DNA from: Deltaproteobacteria bacterium
GTDB taxonomy: Bacteria > Desulfobacterota > Desulfomonilia > UBA1062
Assembly (NCBI GenBank): GCA_018434685.1
Contig: JAHDOV010000003.1
Location: 28,302 to 92,301 of the forward strand
Reading direction: 5' to 3'
DNA: 64,000 nt
Positions within the stretch are counted from its first letter, which is position 1; each line of letters begins with the position of its first letter. A program made the translations under genes and the position numbers. Below, piece by piece: positions 36,722 to 47,144 of the stretch. The notes beneath the pieces were generated by a model, which was given only the letters and a program-made list of their open reading frames with translations, was not told the DNA's origin and did not search any database.

Positions 36722-37817
36722 ACAAAAGGTTGCAATCATCTTTGGCGGGGTATCGGCCGAGCACGATGTGTCTGTTGTCTCTGCCTCTTCGGTGGCCAGG
36801 CACATCGATACCGACCGGTTCGAACCGGTCTATGTGGGCATCGACAAACAGGGACGGTGGTTTCTCGGGACCGGTACGTTCGATCTCCTCAGGGGCGGGA
36901 GCATGCATGACGTGAAGCGGGTGATCCTCTCGATCGATCCTGAAAAGAGGGGGTTCCTTCCCATCGAAGGCGGAGATGTCATCCGGGTCGATGCCATTTT
37001 CCCCGTGCTTCACGGGCCCCGGGGTGAGGACGGCACCATTCAGGGGCTGTTCGAAATCGCAGGGATACCCTTTGTGGGTTGCGATACCATGTCCTCTGCC
37101 ATTGCCATGGATAAGGACATGACCAAGAGAGTGCTCGCACAGCGGGGGATACCGGTGGTGAAGGGAACCTGCGTCACGAGCTGGATGTGGAAAACCGACC
37201 GGGAGGAAATCCTGGATGAGATATCCGACTCTCTGACCCTGCCGGTGTTCATCAAGCCGGCCACCATGGGGTCCAGTATCGGCATTACCCGGGCAGGTGA
37301 TATCGATGCGGTCATAGGGGGTATCGAGAAGGCGCTGGCCCTTTCACCCAAGGTGGTTATCGAGAACGCCGTGGAGAATCCCCTGGAGATCGAGGTCGCC
37401 GTGCTCGGGAACAACGAGCCGAGGGCGTCCATAGCCGGACAGATCATCCCGGGCAATGATTTTTATGATTTTGACGCCAAGTACGTGGACGGAACCACTG
37501 AACTCGTCATCCCTGCCAGGATCGGCAAGTCCCTGATGGAAGATATCCAGTTTACCGCGGTGGACGCCTTTGTGGCCATCGGTGGTACCGGCATGGCGCG
37601 GGTGGATTTTCTCGTCTCTCCCGATGCCTATTACCTCAACGAGATCAACACCATCCCGGGGTTTACGAGCATCTCCATGTATCCGAAACTCTGGGAGGCG
37701 AGCGGTATCCCCTATTCAATGCTCATCTCGACGCTCATCGATCTCGCATTCAGACGTCATGCCGAGGGTGAAGGACTGACAAAGGTCATAGCCCTGGAAA
37801 AGCAACTCGGGGTCTGA
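36711..37817 (+). CDS. ddl: D-alanine--D-alanine ligase
   Basis: VAIIFGGVSAEHDVS N-terminus, ATP-grasp with FIKPATMGSSIGI, and C-terminal NEINTIPGFT. Confidence 0.93.
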   Translation: MNSRQKVAIIFGGVSAEHDVSVVSASSVARHIDTDRFEPVYVGIDKQGRWFLGTGTFDLLRGGSMHDVKRVILSIDPEKRGFLPIEGGDVIRVDAIFPVLHGPRGEDGTIQGLFEIAGIPFVGCDTMSSAIAMDKDMTKRVLAQRGIPVVKGTCVTSWMWKTDREEILDEISDSLTLPVFIKPATMGSSIGITRAGDIDAVIGGIEKALALSPKVVIENAVENPLEIEVAVLGNNEPRASIAGQIIPGNDFYDFDAKYVDGTTELVIPARIGKSLMEDIQFTAVDAFVAIGGTGMARVDFLVSPDAYYLNEINTIPGFTSISMYPKLWEASGIPYSMLISTLIDLAFRRHAEGEGLTKVIALEKQLGV

Positions 37818-37853
37818 GGGGAGGACCGTCTCTGCCGGGACGGACCCTTCGTC

Positions 37854-38183
37854 CTACTCGAGGGGGATGGACATCCGGATGCCGTAGACGTGTTCGTGGC
37901 TGCCTGACGGAGAGCGGGAAGACTCGTACGTGGGAGAGATGATCCCGTACAGTCCCAGGGAAAACCCGCACAGGAAACCGATACCGGCACTGTAGGCGAC
38001 ACGGTCGCCGTGATCGCCGGGATTGTTCATGAATGCCATGGTCGTTGCCCCGATCAGGAGCCCGATACTTGTCCCCAGAAGAGAGGTCGAAACCAGGGAC
38101 CCGATGCCGGAAGCGGCATCGGCAGGTGGTGATACCAGAACGAAGGCCAGTATCAGTGCCGTTGAAATGAAGAGTCTCTTCAT
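37854..38183 (-). CDS. Small secreted glycine-zipper protein (paralog 1)
   Basis: Signal peptide. GxxxG-rich segment LLGTSIGLLIGATTMAFMNNPGDH. C-terminus ...VYGIRMSIPLE. Confidence 0.6.
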   Translation of the reverse strand: MKRLFISTALILAFVLVSPPADAASGIGSLVSTSLLGTSIGLLIGATTMAFMNNPGDHGDRVAYSAGIGFLCGFSLGLYGIISPTYESSRSPSGSHEHVYGIRMSIPLE

Positions 38184-38281
38184 CTATCCCTCCATGAAGA
38201 ACAGGATTATCGCCGGCAGGTATGCGCTCTAGAAGGGGCAGGTTCGACTGCCCCCCGGGCGCATGGCACACGGTGTATCTA

Positions 38282-38608
38282 CTATTGTAATGGGGCCGTC
38301 AGCCGAAGTCCATAGACCCGCTCTTTTTCCCCCGACGGGGTTGTCGTGGTGTAGAACATTGGCGAGATCTCATAGACCCCGAAGCCCAGGCCGCAGATCA
38401 GGCCAATGCTGGCTCCCTGGGCGATCCGCTCGAGGTGGTCGCCCGGATTGTTCATGAAGGCAAGCGTTGCAGTCCCCACGAGCGCGCCCATGCCGGCACC
38501 CATGAGGGAATCCCAGAACACGATCTCGAGCGATGATGCCGCCTGTGATTGTGCAGGAAGTACGAACAGGGACAGTACCAATGCAATAGAAACAAGGATT
38601 CTCTTCAT
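38282..38608 (-). CDS. Small secreted glycine-zipper protein (paralog 2)
   Basis: Same architecture as 37854-38183: LMGAGMGALVGTATLAFMNNPGDH ... VYGLRLTAPLQ. Start at MKRILVS; the upstream portion of the ORF-track frame is tkt-overlapping noise. Confidence 0.6.
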   Translation of the reverse strand: MKRILVSIALVLSLFVLPAQSQAASSLEIVFWDSLMGAGMGALVGTATLAFMNNPGDHLERIAQGASIGLICGLGFGVYEISPMFYTTTTPSGEKERVYGLRLTAPLQ

Positions 38609-40482
38609 ACGATTTTCTTTAACCTCCCTCTGATATTCTTTGCAAGATCTTCGGGCCGAAGATCGAAACATCCCAGGCAGACATCCGAAGGTCCTGACGG
38701 GGGAAATCCCTTTATGCCCATAGGGATCAACTCGATCGCCAGGTTGTTTGTCGCTGCCTGGTAGGCTATCAGGGACGCCAGACCGGATACACTCAGGTGA
38801 TCCTCCACGACGAAAACAGGCCCTCTTGCCGCAGCATCGGCGATCTCCCGAACATCTATGGCAAACGGACACGAGATCCCGACGACCTCTATATCGATGC
38901 CGTCCTGGTCGAGGATCTCCCATGCCCTGATCGCTTCGGCGCTCATTGCGCCAAGGGCGAACAGGGTTGCCCGGGAACCCTTTCTCAGGTGATGGGCCTG
39001 TCCGTAGACAAAGCCCTGTGCGGAGAAGAATTCTGCCCCCCCGGGAACGGTTATGACCGGAAGCTTGGATCTTCCCACCCCGATCATGCAATTGCCCGGC
39101 TGGCTCAAAGCCCAGCGGGTGGCCCGGTCGGTTTCATTGGGGTCCAGCGGGATGATGACGGAGAAGCCGTCGAGGTTTCTCATCAGTCCGAGATAATCGA
39201 TGCACTGATGGGTCTTGCCATCTTCGCCCACATCGACCCCGAGGTGCGTGCAGAGCAGTTTCAGATGAGCCTCGTTGATGGCGTTGAGGCGCTGCTGGTT
39301 GTAGGTCTCGTCGATGCCGAACATGCCGAAGTCGGCAAACACGCTCACCACGCCCTGGGATGATGCGGCGCCTGCCATGGCTGCCGTGTTGTGCTCCATG
39401 ATTCCCGCCTGGAAAAAACTCTCGGGAAAGGCCTTGGCAAAACCCGCGGTCTTCACCGAGCCTGCCAGATCGCAGTCGAATACCGCAAAGGGCGTGCCCG
39501 GATTGGCTGTTGCAACATCGACAAGCGCGGTGCCCATGGCAGACCTGTTGTCGGTCTTCACGCTTTTTTCATAGAGGCGGGCCTCTCCACGGGACAGGGA
39601 CGGAAACGGCCATGAAGACCTGACGATTTCCTCATCGATGGGTTCGTTCCTCAGCGTCCTGAGATCCTCGAGGGGCCACTGGAGATCGATCTCGGCCAGG
39701 GCCTTTCCCATCTCGTCGTTGTTGAGCGGGCTGCCGTGATACTTCTCCCTGTTCTCCATGAAGCTTACGCCCTTGCCCATGGTGGTATGTGCGATGATGG
39801 CATAGGGTGAGCGGGTATCGGCTGAAGCCTGCTTGACCGCAGCGTATATCTGGGCGAAGTCGTGTCCGTCGATCTCCAGCACGGTGAATCCTGCCGATTC
39901 GTACTCGGCACGGAGGTTCTGTGGCATCACGTCGTTCCTGTTGCCCGATATCTGGAGCATGTTGTTGTCGATAATGACCGTGATGTTGTTCAGGTCGTAC
40001 TTCCGGATGAATCTCCTGGCCTCGCTGATCTGTCCCTTCTGCTGTTCGCCGTCACCCATGACCACGAAACAGTCCAGGGCATATCCCTTGAGCCTGCCGG
40101 CAATAGCCAGTCCGCATGCCACCGACAGACCCTGCCCGAGGTTCCCGGTTCCCCAGGGCACACCCGGGACCGTGGGTTCCACGTGTCCTTCGAAGATGCT
40201 GCCCACCCGCCTGAAGCCCTTGATGACTTCCTTCGGGGAGAAGAGACCCCTGCGGGCGAGAGCGGAATACACGGCAGGAGAGGTGTGTCCGTGAGAGACC
40301 ACAACCCTGTCCGTTTCCAGGTCTATTGTATGGTACAGCAATGTATAGATGTCTATGGACGAGAGCGAGCCACCGGGATGGCCGCTGCCCGCAAGATAGG
40401 TCATAGCGAGGATATCGGCCCTGGAATAGCGGGATTTTTCTGCCAGTTCTTCAAGTTTCTCGGGTGTACAATCATTAATCAC
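38605..40482 (-). CDS. tkt: Transketolase
   Basis: TPP-binding GSGHPGGSLS, GDG...E, the pyrimidine-binding domain, and a C-terminal domain. 625 aa. Confidence 0.93.
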   Translation of the reverse strand: MINDCTPEKLEELAEKSRYSRADILAMTYLAGSGHPGGSLSSIDIYTLLYHTIDLETDRVVVSHGHTSPAVYSALARRGLFSPKEVIKGFRRVGSIFEGHVEPTVPGVPWGTGNLGQGLSVACGLAIAGRLKGYALDCFVVMGDGEQQKGQISEARRFIRKYDLNNITVIIDNNMLQISGNRNDVMPQNLRAEYESAGFTVLEIDGHDFAQIYAAVKQASADTRSPYAIIAHTTMGKGVSFMENREKYHGSPLNNDEMGKALAEIDLQWPLEDLRTLRNEPIDEEIVRSSWPFPSLSRGEARLYEKSVKTDNRSAMGTALVDVATANPGTPFAVFDCDLAGSVKTAGFAKAFPESFFQAGIMEHNTAAMAGAASSQGVVSVFADFGMFGIDETYNQQRLNAINEAHLKLLCTHLGVDVGEDGKTHQCIDYLGLMRNLDGFSVIIPLDPNETDRATRWALSQPGNCMIGVGRSKLPVITVPGGAEFFSAQGFVYGQAHHLRKGSRATLFALGAMSAEAIRAWEILDQDGIDIEVVGISCPFAIDVREIADAAARGPVFVVEDHLSVSGLASLIAYQAATNNLAIELIPMGIKGFPPSGPSDVCLGCFDLRPEDLAKNIRGRLKKIV

Positions 40483-41678
40483 AACAAGCTCCTTTTCTTT
40501 GTTTGTGCATTCTTAAGTGATTCCAGGATGATCTGTGACGGATCTTCTCCCGCCACACCGCTTAAGGTGCCGAGCTGCATCCGGCATGCCCCGCAGTCCG
40601 ATACAAAGGCATCCACCTCGAGATCACGTATGGCATCCGAGGCGATCTTTCCCAGGTTTACTGCCGTGGCCTGGTTTTTCTTCTTGAATCCGTAGCTTCC
40701 GGCGAGCCCGCAGCAGTTATCTTCCAGGATGTGGACGTCGAGCGACGGGATCTTTTCGAAGATGCTCGCGGCGGGATAACCGATGTCCAGGGCCCTCAGG
40801 TGGCAGGGTATGTGGTAGGCGATCTTCTTGTTCACCTCACCGAATTCTACCTGGGCATAGCCTTCTTCAATGAGGTTGAGGATATACTCGTGAACGTTAT
40901 AGGTGTTCTCGGCGATCCGTTTGCCTTCAGGGATCTTCAGGAGTTCGGGATACTCGTGAATCAGGGTGAGGCCGCAGGAGGTGCAGGCATAGACGACCGC
41001 GTACCCCTTGTTGATGTACTCGGTCAGCATGGCTGCATTCTTCCTGGCGAAACGCCGTGCGATCTCCACATCCCCGTTGCCGAGGGCAGGCAGCCCGCAG
41101 CACATCTGATGCGGCATGACCACCCGGCATCCGAGCGACACGAGGAGGTCTCTGATCCCCCTGCCGATATCCGGGCGGTTGTAGTTGAGGTAGCATCCGT
41201 AGAAAAACACCACCTTGCGTGCACCGCGTCCCTTGCGGCGCCGAGACCTGCTCAGCGTCCGGAACCGGTATTCGGGCATGGGGAGATAGGTGGACACCCC
41301 GAGCAGGTTCAGGATGGTCTTGGTCAGCGAAAGCGATGTAACCCTGTTGGTAATGGGCGCAGCGAGCGAGGCCAGTTCCCCCAGGTAATGGGTATTGGCA
41401 AAGAGGTGCGCGGCAAAGGGGCTGAAGTGCTCCGAGCTGTATTTCAGCTGCGCATTGAGGATGATGTCCGCCACGGCGACCCCGTACGGACAGGAAACCT
41501 CACAGCGTCTGCACTGGCAGCACAGCCGCACCCATTCGTCCACGGATGCCTCGCCATCGAGGCGGAAGCGCTGTGCATCCGGGCCCGACTGTTTGGGTCC
41601 GGGGAACTTTGGCTGAACCTTGAATATAGGGCAGTTTTCCACACACACGGTACACCGGACACAGTGCTCGAAACTCAT
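40479..41678 (-). CDS. glpC: Anaerobic glycerol-3-phosphate dehydrogenase subunit C (Fe-S, CCG domains)
   Basis: Two 4Fe-4S ferredoxin motifs (CVRCTVCVENCP; CCQCRRCEVSCP) and cysteine-rich CCG regions. Start set at the MSFEHC Met, giving an ATGA overlap with glpB. Confidence 0.85.
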   Translation of the reverse strand: MSFEHCVRCTVCVENCPIFKVQPKFPGPKQSGPDAQRFRLDGEASVDEWVRLCCQCRRCEVSCPYGVAVADIILNAQLKYSSEHFSPFAAHLFANTHYLGELASLAAPITNRVTSLSLTKTILNLLGVSTYLPMPEYRFRTLSRSRRRKGRGARKVVFFYGCYLNYNRPDIGRGIRDLLVSLGCRVVMPHQMCCGLPALGNGDVEIARRFARKNAAMLTEYINKGYAVVYACTSCGLTLIHEYPELLKIPEGKRIAENTYNVHEYILNLIEEGYAQVEFGEVNKKIAYHIPCHLRALDIGYPAASIFEKIPSLDVHILEDNCCGLAGSYGFKKKNQATAVNLGKIASDAIRDLEVDAFVSDCGACRMQLGTLSGVAGEDPSQIILESLKNAQTKKRSLL

Positions 41679-42871
41679 GACAGCTCCTTGTCGCATGCGT
41701 TTGCAGCAGCACAGCCGGTTGCGATGGCCAGTCCGTGGCCGCAGTGGTTTTTCATGATCTCGCTGTGGGCGATGATGCTGCCGCATACGAACAGGTTTTC
41801 GAGGTCCGATTCCCTGGGTCTGAAGGAGGGGCCGATGAGGATGCCGGCCTTCTCGATGGCGTGTCCCGGGGTGAAGAAATCGTGGTTGAACCAGTCGGTT
41901 CGGGGGCCCGGGACAAAGACCGGCAGGTCGAACACGGTTTCCTGTACGGAAGTCCTTGATGCAAAGAGGCCGCCGCTCACAAACGACCCCGAGGCGAGGA
42001 TGAAGGCCCTGCCATACACCCGAGAGGGTCTGCCCGATGTGGCCAGCGTTACTGCCTCGATACGGGATCCCCTGCGCTCTACGCTCGAGACCGGCTTTCC
42101 CCAGTACACGTGGCCGCCGGCCTGCTGCAGGGTCGACTTCAGCGCCCTGAAGAGCCGCATCCCCGGTATGGAGGGTGGCAGGGTCGGGATCTCGAAGATG
42201 ACCCTCCCTGTCTTTGACGACAGTTCTTCCAGGACTGCCATGGGTTTGCGCATACCGAGAACCGCGGGCAGTGCAATTGTGCCGAACGGGGTATCGAGAT
42301 CCTGAATCCAGGAGATGAATTCATCGAGGAACGGCTTTTCTTCGAAGCGGGTGGCTATGCTCAGGGTCGAGGTCACCTTGGCATCGAACAGGGAGAATGA
42401 GGAGTTGGCGATGCGCGAGGTGATGTAGCTCGGGTAAAAGTCCTTGAGCCCCTTGAAGGAAACGACATGGATATAGTCACCCGCATCACCCTGGGCATGG
42501 GCCATGGTCCTGGGGACCAGGCACGTTGTCTTGGTGGTGCCGACCGGGGTGAGGATTTCCCTGTTTTCTCGGGGATCTCCGGTATAGGGTATGGCCGTTT
42601 TGTCCATGATCTGAGAGAAAAACTGTAGCGCCTCCTCCACAGCCTTCTCCCCGACCAGGCGGTAGGGGTGATCATCCGGGAGCTCCCGGATGCCCGACAG
42701 GGGGTCTTTTGACCGGGACAGGACGTCGATGCACCCGGTGGAGAGACTGCATACCGGGTCGCCCTGGGAGATGAGGGCCGTTTTGTAGCCCTTTCTGGAA
42801 AGGGTGTGCGATGCCATGAATCCGGACATCCCGCCGCCTATGACAACGACATCATACTCGCGGGCAATCAT
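41675..42871 (-). CDS. glpB: Anaerobic glycerol-3-phosphate dehydrogenase subunit B
   Basis: FAD-binding YDVVVIGGGMSG. glpACB order. Start at MIAREY; the ORF-track upstream extension is rejected. Confidence 0.85.
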   Translation of the reverse strand: MIAREYDVVVIGGGMSGFMASHTLSRKGYKTALISQGDPVCSLSTGCIDVLSRSKDPLSGIRELPDDHPYRLVGEKAVEEALQFFSQIMDKTAIPYTGDPRENREILTPVGTTKTTCLVPRTMAHAQGDAGDYIHVVSFKGLKDFYPSYITSRIANSSFSLFDAKVTSTLSIATRFEEKPFLDEFISWIQDLDTPFGTIALPAVLGMRKPMAVLEELSSKTGRVIFEIPTLPPSIPGMRLFRALKSTLQQAGGHVYWGKPVSSVERRGSRIEAVTLATSGRPSRVYGRAFILASGSFVSGGLFASRTSVQETVFDLPVFVPGPRTDWFNHDFFTPGHAIEKAGILIGPSFRPRESDLENLFVCGSIIAHSEIMKNHCGHGLAIATGCAAANACDKELS

Positions 42872-44370
42872 TGGTGTTGCTCCATGTTGAGGATGCCCAG
42901 GTAAATGCTCTCCACCAGCTGCTCTTCCCGGAGCTGGTCTCCCCAGAGCGCCGGCCGGATTCCCCTGAACCTGCGCTGGAGGAATTCCCTGAGGATGTGC
43001 ATGGATTCCTCCGGGCTCACCCTGCCGATTTCCTGCATGATCCCCAGGGCCCGGTACGTGCAGAACCCCCCCTGGCAGGGGCCCATGCCGAGGCGTGTCC
43101 GGTGCTGGATGTCGCCGATATGCTTCGTGCCGATGCTGTTGATGACCCCTTCCACATCGTCTCTCGTGACGAGCTCGCACTCACAGACGATGTTGTCCAT
43201 TTCCTTGAGCCTCTTGGAGAGCGGATAGCCGCTCAGCTCCTCCTGGCCTTCGAGGGGGACATCCGCCGTCGTGCACGACACCTTCACACCGAAATGCCCG
43301 ACGATCGCATCCACCATCTTTTCCGCCATGAGCCGGTAGGTGCTGAGCTTTCCCCCGAGGATGCTGAACATGCCGTTGTTGTGGTCGATGATCTGGAATC
43401 CCCGGGAGATATTCCTGCTGTCGCCGGAGGGTGCCTTCAACAGCGGCCTGACCCCGGTGTATGCCCTGATGAGCCTGGTGGTGCCGAACTTGGGAATGAG
43501 CTGCTCTGCCTGGGTGGCGACGATATCCACCTCGCGCGGGTCGACCTCGATGGCATCAGGATCGGTTACGGGCACGGAAGTGGTCCCGGCAAGGCAGACC
43601 GCCTCGTTCGGGACGATGATGTCGCCGTCGGACGGAGGCCTGAGCCGGTTGATCACCATGTTGGTGAGGCGGTGATTGGAGATGATGAGACTACCCTTGG
43701 ACAGGGTCATGGGTGCCTCGCTGCCGGACAGGTGGGCGATCTGGTCTCCCCAGGCGCCGGTGGCGTTGATGATGATCTTGGCTCTGATTTCCTTGACCTG
43801 TGAGCTAAAACGGTCCTGCGCCTTTACCCCGATACACCTGCCCTTTTCCTTTACGATTTCGATGACCTTGTGGTGGATGAGGACCCCGCCGCCGCGGTGC
43901 CGGGAGGTGAAGGCGTTGAGCATGCACAGCCGAAACGGGTCGATGGAACAGTCCGGGACCCTGATGGCCTCTTCCATCGCGGGGTTCAGGTTCTCCACCA
44001 GGTCGAGCGCCCGCGAGGGTGAGAGGACCTCGGTGGGTATGCCGACGTCTTCGCAGCTCTTGAGAAAGGTATCCCGGAATCGCCTGGAATCGCCGGGCAG
44101 GCGGACAAAGAGACCGCCGGTCACCTCGACGCACTTCTTGGCGATCTTCCTGAGGATGATATTTTCCGTGATGCATTCGTGGGCCGCTTCAGGGTCATTG
44201 GTCACATAGCGTGCGCCGCTGTGGAGCAGACCGTGGCATGCACCGGTGGCGCCGTTTGCAAAGTCTCCCTTTTCCACGAGGTAGTGATGGATGCCCCGCA
44301 GGGTAAGATCTCTGGCAATGCCGCAGCCTGTCGCACCGCCCCCGATGATGACCACGTCAGTCTTGATCAT
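42868..44370 (-). CDS. glpA: Anaerobic glycerol-3-phosphate dehydrogenase subunit A
   Basis: FAD motif DVVIIGGGATGCGIARDL and a C-terminal BFD-like [2Fe-2S] Cys cluster (CECE...C). Confidence 0.9.
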   Translation of the reverse strand: MIKTDVVIIGGGATGCGIARDLTLRGIHHYLVEKGDFANGATGACHGLLHSGARYVTNDPEAAHECITENIILRKIAKKCVEVTGGLFVRLPGDSRRFRDTFLKSCEDVGIPTEVLSPSRALDLVENLNPAMEEAIRVPDCSIDPFRLCMLNAFTSRHRGGGVLIHHKVIEIVKEKGRCIGVKAQDRFSSQVKEIRAKIIINATGAWGDQIAHLSGSEAPMTLSKGSLIISNHRLTNMVINRLRPPSDGDIIVPNEAVCLAGTTSVPVTDPDAIEVDPREVDIVATQAEQLIPKFGTTRLIRAYTGVRPLLKAPSGDSRNISRGFQIIDHNNGMFSILGGKLSTYRLMAEKMVDAIVGHFGVKVSCTTADVPLEGQEELSGYPLSKRLKEMDNIVCECELVTRDDVEGVINSIGTKHIGDIQHRTRLGMGPCQGGFCTYRALGIMQEIGRVSPEESMHILREFLQRRFRGIRPALWGDQLREEQLVESIYLGILNMEQHQ

Positions 44371-44479
44371 GTACTCGTATTCCTCATATCCCTGAAATCA
44401 TGAAATCGAGATCACCATATACATGGACCGCCCGCTTGGTCAAGAGATCTTGTCCGCCCCGGTGCAATCGTTTTTCGAA

Positions 44480-45328
44480 TCAGGAGACATCCTCGAGGAT
44501 ACGAACTACAGCCTCGTTCCAGCCGGCCGGCCCTGCCGCCAGGGGCCGTATGACCTCCTGGAGCGGCGGCGGTGCGTAATCCATGGAGGTGCCGTCATGC
44601 CGCCTGATGATGACCGCAACATCCGCAGTTCTCAGCAGCGGGATGTCGTTCTCACTGTCGCCCAGGGCGAGGGTCTTCCAGGAGGTGCGGGGGTGGCTGC
44701 GCCGGTAGATGTCCACCACCCTGCCGGCGGCGAGGCCCTTGTCTGTCCTGCCGAGTGCATGGTGGAATCTGCCGCCCCGGACGCACGTGAGGTCTCTGCG
44801 GTCCAGGGCCCGGGCCAGGCACTCCAGTTCCTGCGCGGTCCCCTCGAAGAGGAACGGCTCTGAAAATTCGCGCATCGCGGCACGCCCGGCAGCTTCCAGG
44901 TCGAGCCCGGTGAACCGGGCAAGCTCGGGGGTGCTCATGTCGGAAAAGCCCCGTATCCGCAGACCGCACTCCTGAACAGCCTGCCGCAGCCCTTCAAGCA
45001 CCTGTTCATAGGTCGTGCCGAGAATGAGGGCGTCGAAGCGGCCGCTCACCGTGGAGGCCTCCCCGAGGTCCAGGGCTAGAGCCTGGTCAAAGAAGACAGC
45101 ACTCCCGTTTTCCGTGATGAAGATCTGCGCCATGCAGGGGAGGTCGAGCAGGGGCTCGATCTCGGCCCTGGTCTTGCTGGAGACGATGACGAGCGGGATG
45201 CCGAGCTCTTCGATCTTTTTCAATGCGGGAAGTGCAGCCTCTTTCGAATAGGTGTGATAGTCGAGCAGGGTGCCGTCCAGATCGGTAAAAATGAGCAGCT
45301 TTGTCTGCGTGGACATTGCGCCGATCAT
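44480..45328 (-). CDS. HAD-IIB hydrolase (mannosyl-3-phosphoglycerate phosphatase-related)
   Basis: DLDGTLL motif I, S/T motif II (VSSKT), and K...GDSxND motif (ALGDSENDIPLL). Confidence 0.8.
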   Translation of the reverse strand: MIGAMSTQTKLLIFTDLDGTLLDYHTYSKEAALPALKKIEELGIPLVIVSSKTRAEIEPLLDLPCMAQIFITENGSAVFFDQALALDLGEASTVSGRFDALILGTTYEQVLEGLRQAVQECGLRIRGFSDMSTPELARFTGLDLEAAGRAAMREFSEPFLFEGTAQELECLARALDRRDLTCVRGGRFHHALGRTDKGLAAGRVVDIYRRSHPRTSWKTLALGDSENDIPLLRTADVAVIIRRHDGTSMDYAPPPLQEVIRPLAAGPAGWNEAVVRILEDVS

Positions 45329-45424
45329 AACATGGGCCGGGGATGTTGTCCAGGCAGGAGCACGGAGAACCGGACCCTGGATCGCCGGTGTTCTTGAATA
45401 TGGCCGCAGATGTGACTATTGTAA

Positions 45425-45985
45425 ATGAAAGAGTTGTTGCTGTCAGCCATCAGCACCAAGAAAAATGTGAAAGGGGACAACGAACGTATGACAAAATCCA
45501 AGGAATTTCTCAAAGAGGCCTTTACCGGAGAATCTCAGGCGCACGAGCAGTATGAGGCATTTGCCGACCGTGCCCTGCAGGACGGGTATCCGCAGGCTGC
45601 ACGTCTGTTCAGGGCGGCTGCCGCGGCAGAGACCGTGCACGCGAAAAATCACCTCAAGGCCCTGGGTGCACTCGAAGACACGAGTGATAATCTGCGCAAG
45701 GCCATCAGCGGTGAAACCCATGAATTCGAACACATGTACCCGGAGATGCTCGAGGCTGCCAAAGAGGAGAAAGACAAACCGGCCGAGAAGAGTTTCCGGT
45801 ATGCCCTGGAGGTGGAGAAGGTGCATGCGGCGCTCTACGCAAAGATGCTGGAGACCCTTGGCGCCGATCAGGAGGAATATCCCTACTATGTCTGTCCGGT
45901 GTGCGGCTACACGGCGGAGAAGAAGGCCCCGGGGCAGTGTCCGGTCTGCGGCGCGCTTGGCAGCAAGTTTCAGAAGGTCGAGTAG
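45425..45985 (+). CDS. Rubrerythrin
   Basis: Di-iron ferritin-like domain (E...E..H pairs) plus C-terminal rubredoxin-like CPVCG...CPVCG. The start is possibly the Met at 45488. Confidence 0.88.
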   Translation: MKELLLSAISTKKNVKGDNERMTKSKEFLKEAFTGESQAHEQYEAFADRALQDGYPQAARLFRAAAAAETVHAKNHLKALGALEDTSDNLRKAISGETHEFEHMYPEMLEAAKEEKDKPAEKSFRYALEVEKVHAALYAKMLETLGADQEEYPYYVCPVCGYTAEKKAPGQCPVCGALGSKFQKVE

Positions 45986-46104
45986 CGGTCGTACGGGCAC
46001 GCCAGGCATAAAAAGAGTCGATCAGGGCCTGCTCATGTTCGTGGGCGGGCCCTTGAATCCGTTGAAATTCAATGAGGCACGCCGGCAGCAGCCCTGCGCC
46101 GGCC

Positions 46105-46887
46105 TCAGAAGACATTGAAGATGTCGTGAACCAGGAAGAACACGATCTCCACGGCGATCAGGACGATGATGATCCATTCCAGCGTGGATGAGTGCTTGTG
46201 GTACTGTTCCGCGGCGAGCATGCTGAAGAGTTCGTGTATCACCTCGAGCTTCTGGTTGAGGATCTCGATGCGCGGGGCAACATCCAGGTATCGCGCCATC
46301 ATCTCATAAGCCCGTTCCACTTCGGGGTATTCCCAGAAGAATTCAGGGGTGTCCAGGAGCTGGTAGCGCAAATTGATGTCGCTCTTTACCAGGAACAGGT
46401 TCCCCCGCATCCTGGCGATCTGCCTGCGGGACAGGTGGGTCCTCCCTGAGGTGGCGATATTCAGGGGGATCTGGGCGGTCTCGGCGATGGTCCTCTCCGC
46501 ACTGATTTCGAACTCCTCGAGCTTGACCGACTGGGCGATGCCGTGGGAAATGGCGAGCTTCTCCAGAATACCCTCTGTGGCCAGGCTGATGTGGTCGTCT
46601 TCTATGCGGGTGAGTCTCTCGACGGAAAAGGTGAACTTGTCAAAGAAGTGCTCTGAAAAGGAGTCCTGCTCAAAGGGCCTGATCTCATCGAGGAACTTCT
46701 TGAGAGATTCCGGATTCATGCCCCAGGCAACGAGCGCGCCGTACTGGAAGATGAACACATCGCCCGTATCCTGGACTACGTGGAGCACATCGCGATACGC
46801 AGTGCACGGGTAGTGACTCGAGAGATGCTCCTTTAACGGAACAAAGGAAAAATTTTTGGCCACACACAAGGCCGTACAGGGATTCAC
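46105..46887 (-). CDS. RMD1/DUF155 family protein with C-terminal TM helix
   Basis: Length and the conserved DUF155-like central region. Terminal hydrophobic helix WIIIVLIAVEIVFFLV. Confidence 0.6.
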   Translation of the reverse strand: MNPCTALCVAKNFSFVPLKEHLSSHYPCTAYRDVLHVVQDTGDVFIFQYGALVAWGMNPESLKKFLDEIRPFEQDSFSEHFFDKFTFSVERLTRIEDDHISLATEGILEKLAISHGIAQSVKLEEFEISAERTIAETAQIPLNIATSGRTHLSRRQIARMRGNLFLVKSDINLRYQLLDTPEFFWEYPEVERAYEMMARYLDVAPRIEILNQKLEVIHELFSMLAAEQYHKHSSTLEWIIIVLIAVEIVFFLVHDIFNVF

Positions 46888-47144
46888 AAATAAAATTCCT
46901 TTCTGTATACAATATAATATGCACCGGATGACTATGCAACATGCGGATGCTGCGTCAGGTCGTGACTTCCGGCCGGCAAGGCGATCCCCCGGGCATGCCC
47001 CGGATATAGTCCAGGGGGATTTCTTGTGGAGGGTGTATTGCCTCTGCCTGCAGAGTGCTTATATATAGGGAGACCGGAAACGGCTTTTTCGCTCAGGAGC
47101 AGGGTCTGGTGGGATGGAATGGCAGTGGAACCCCGGGGGGGAGC

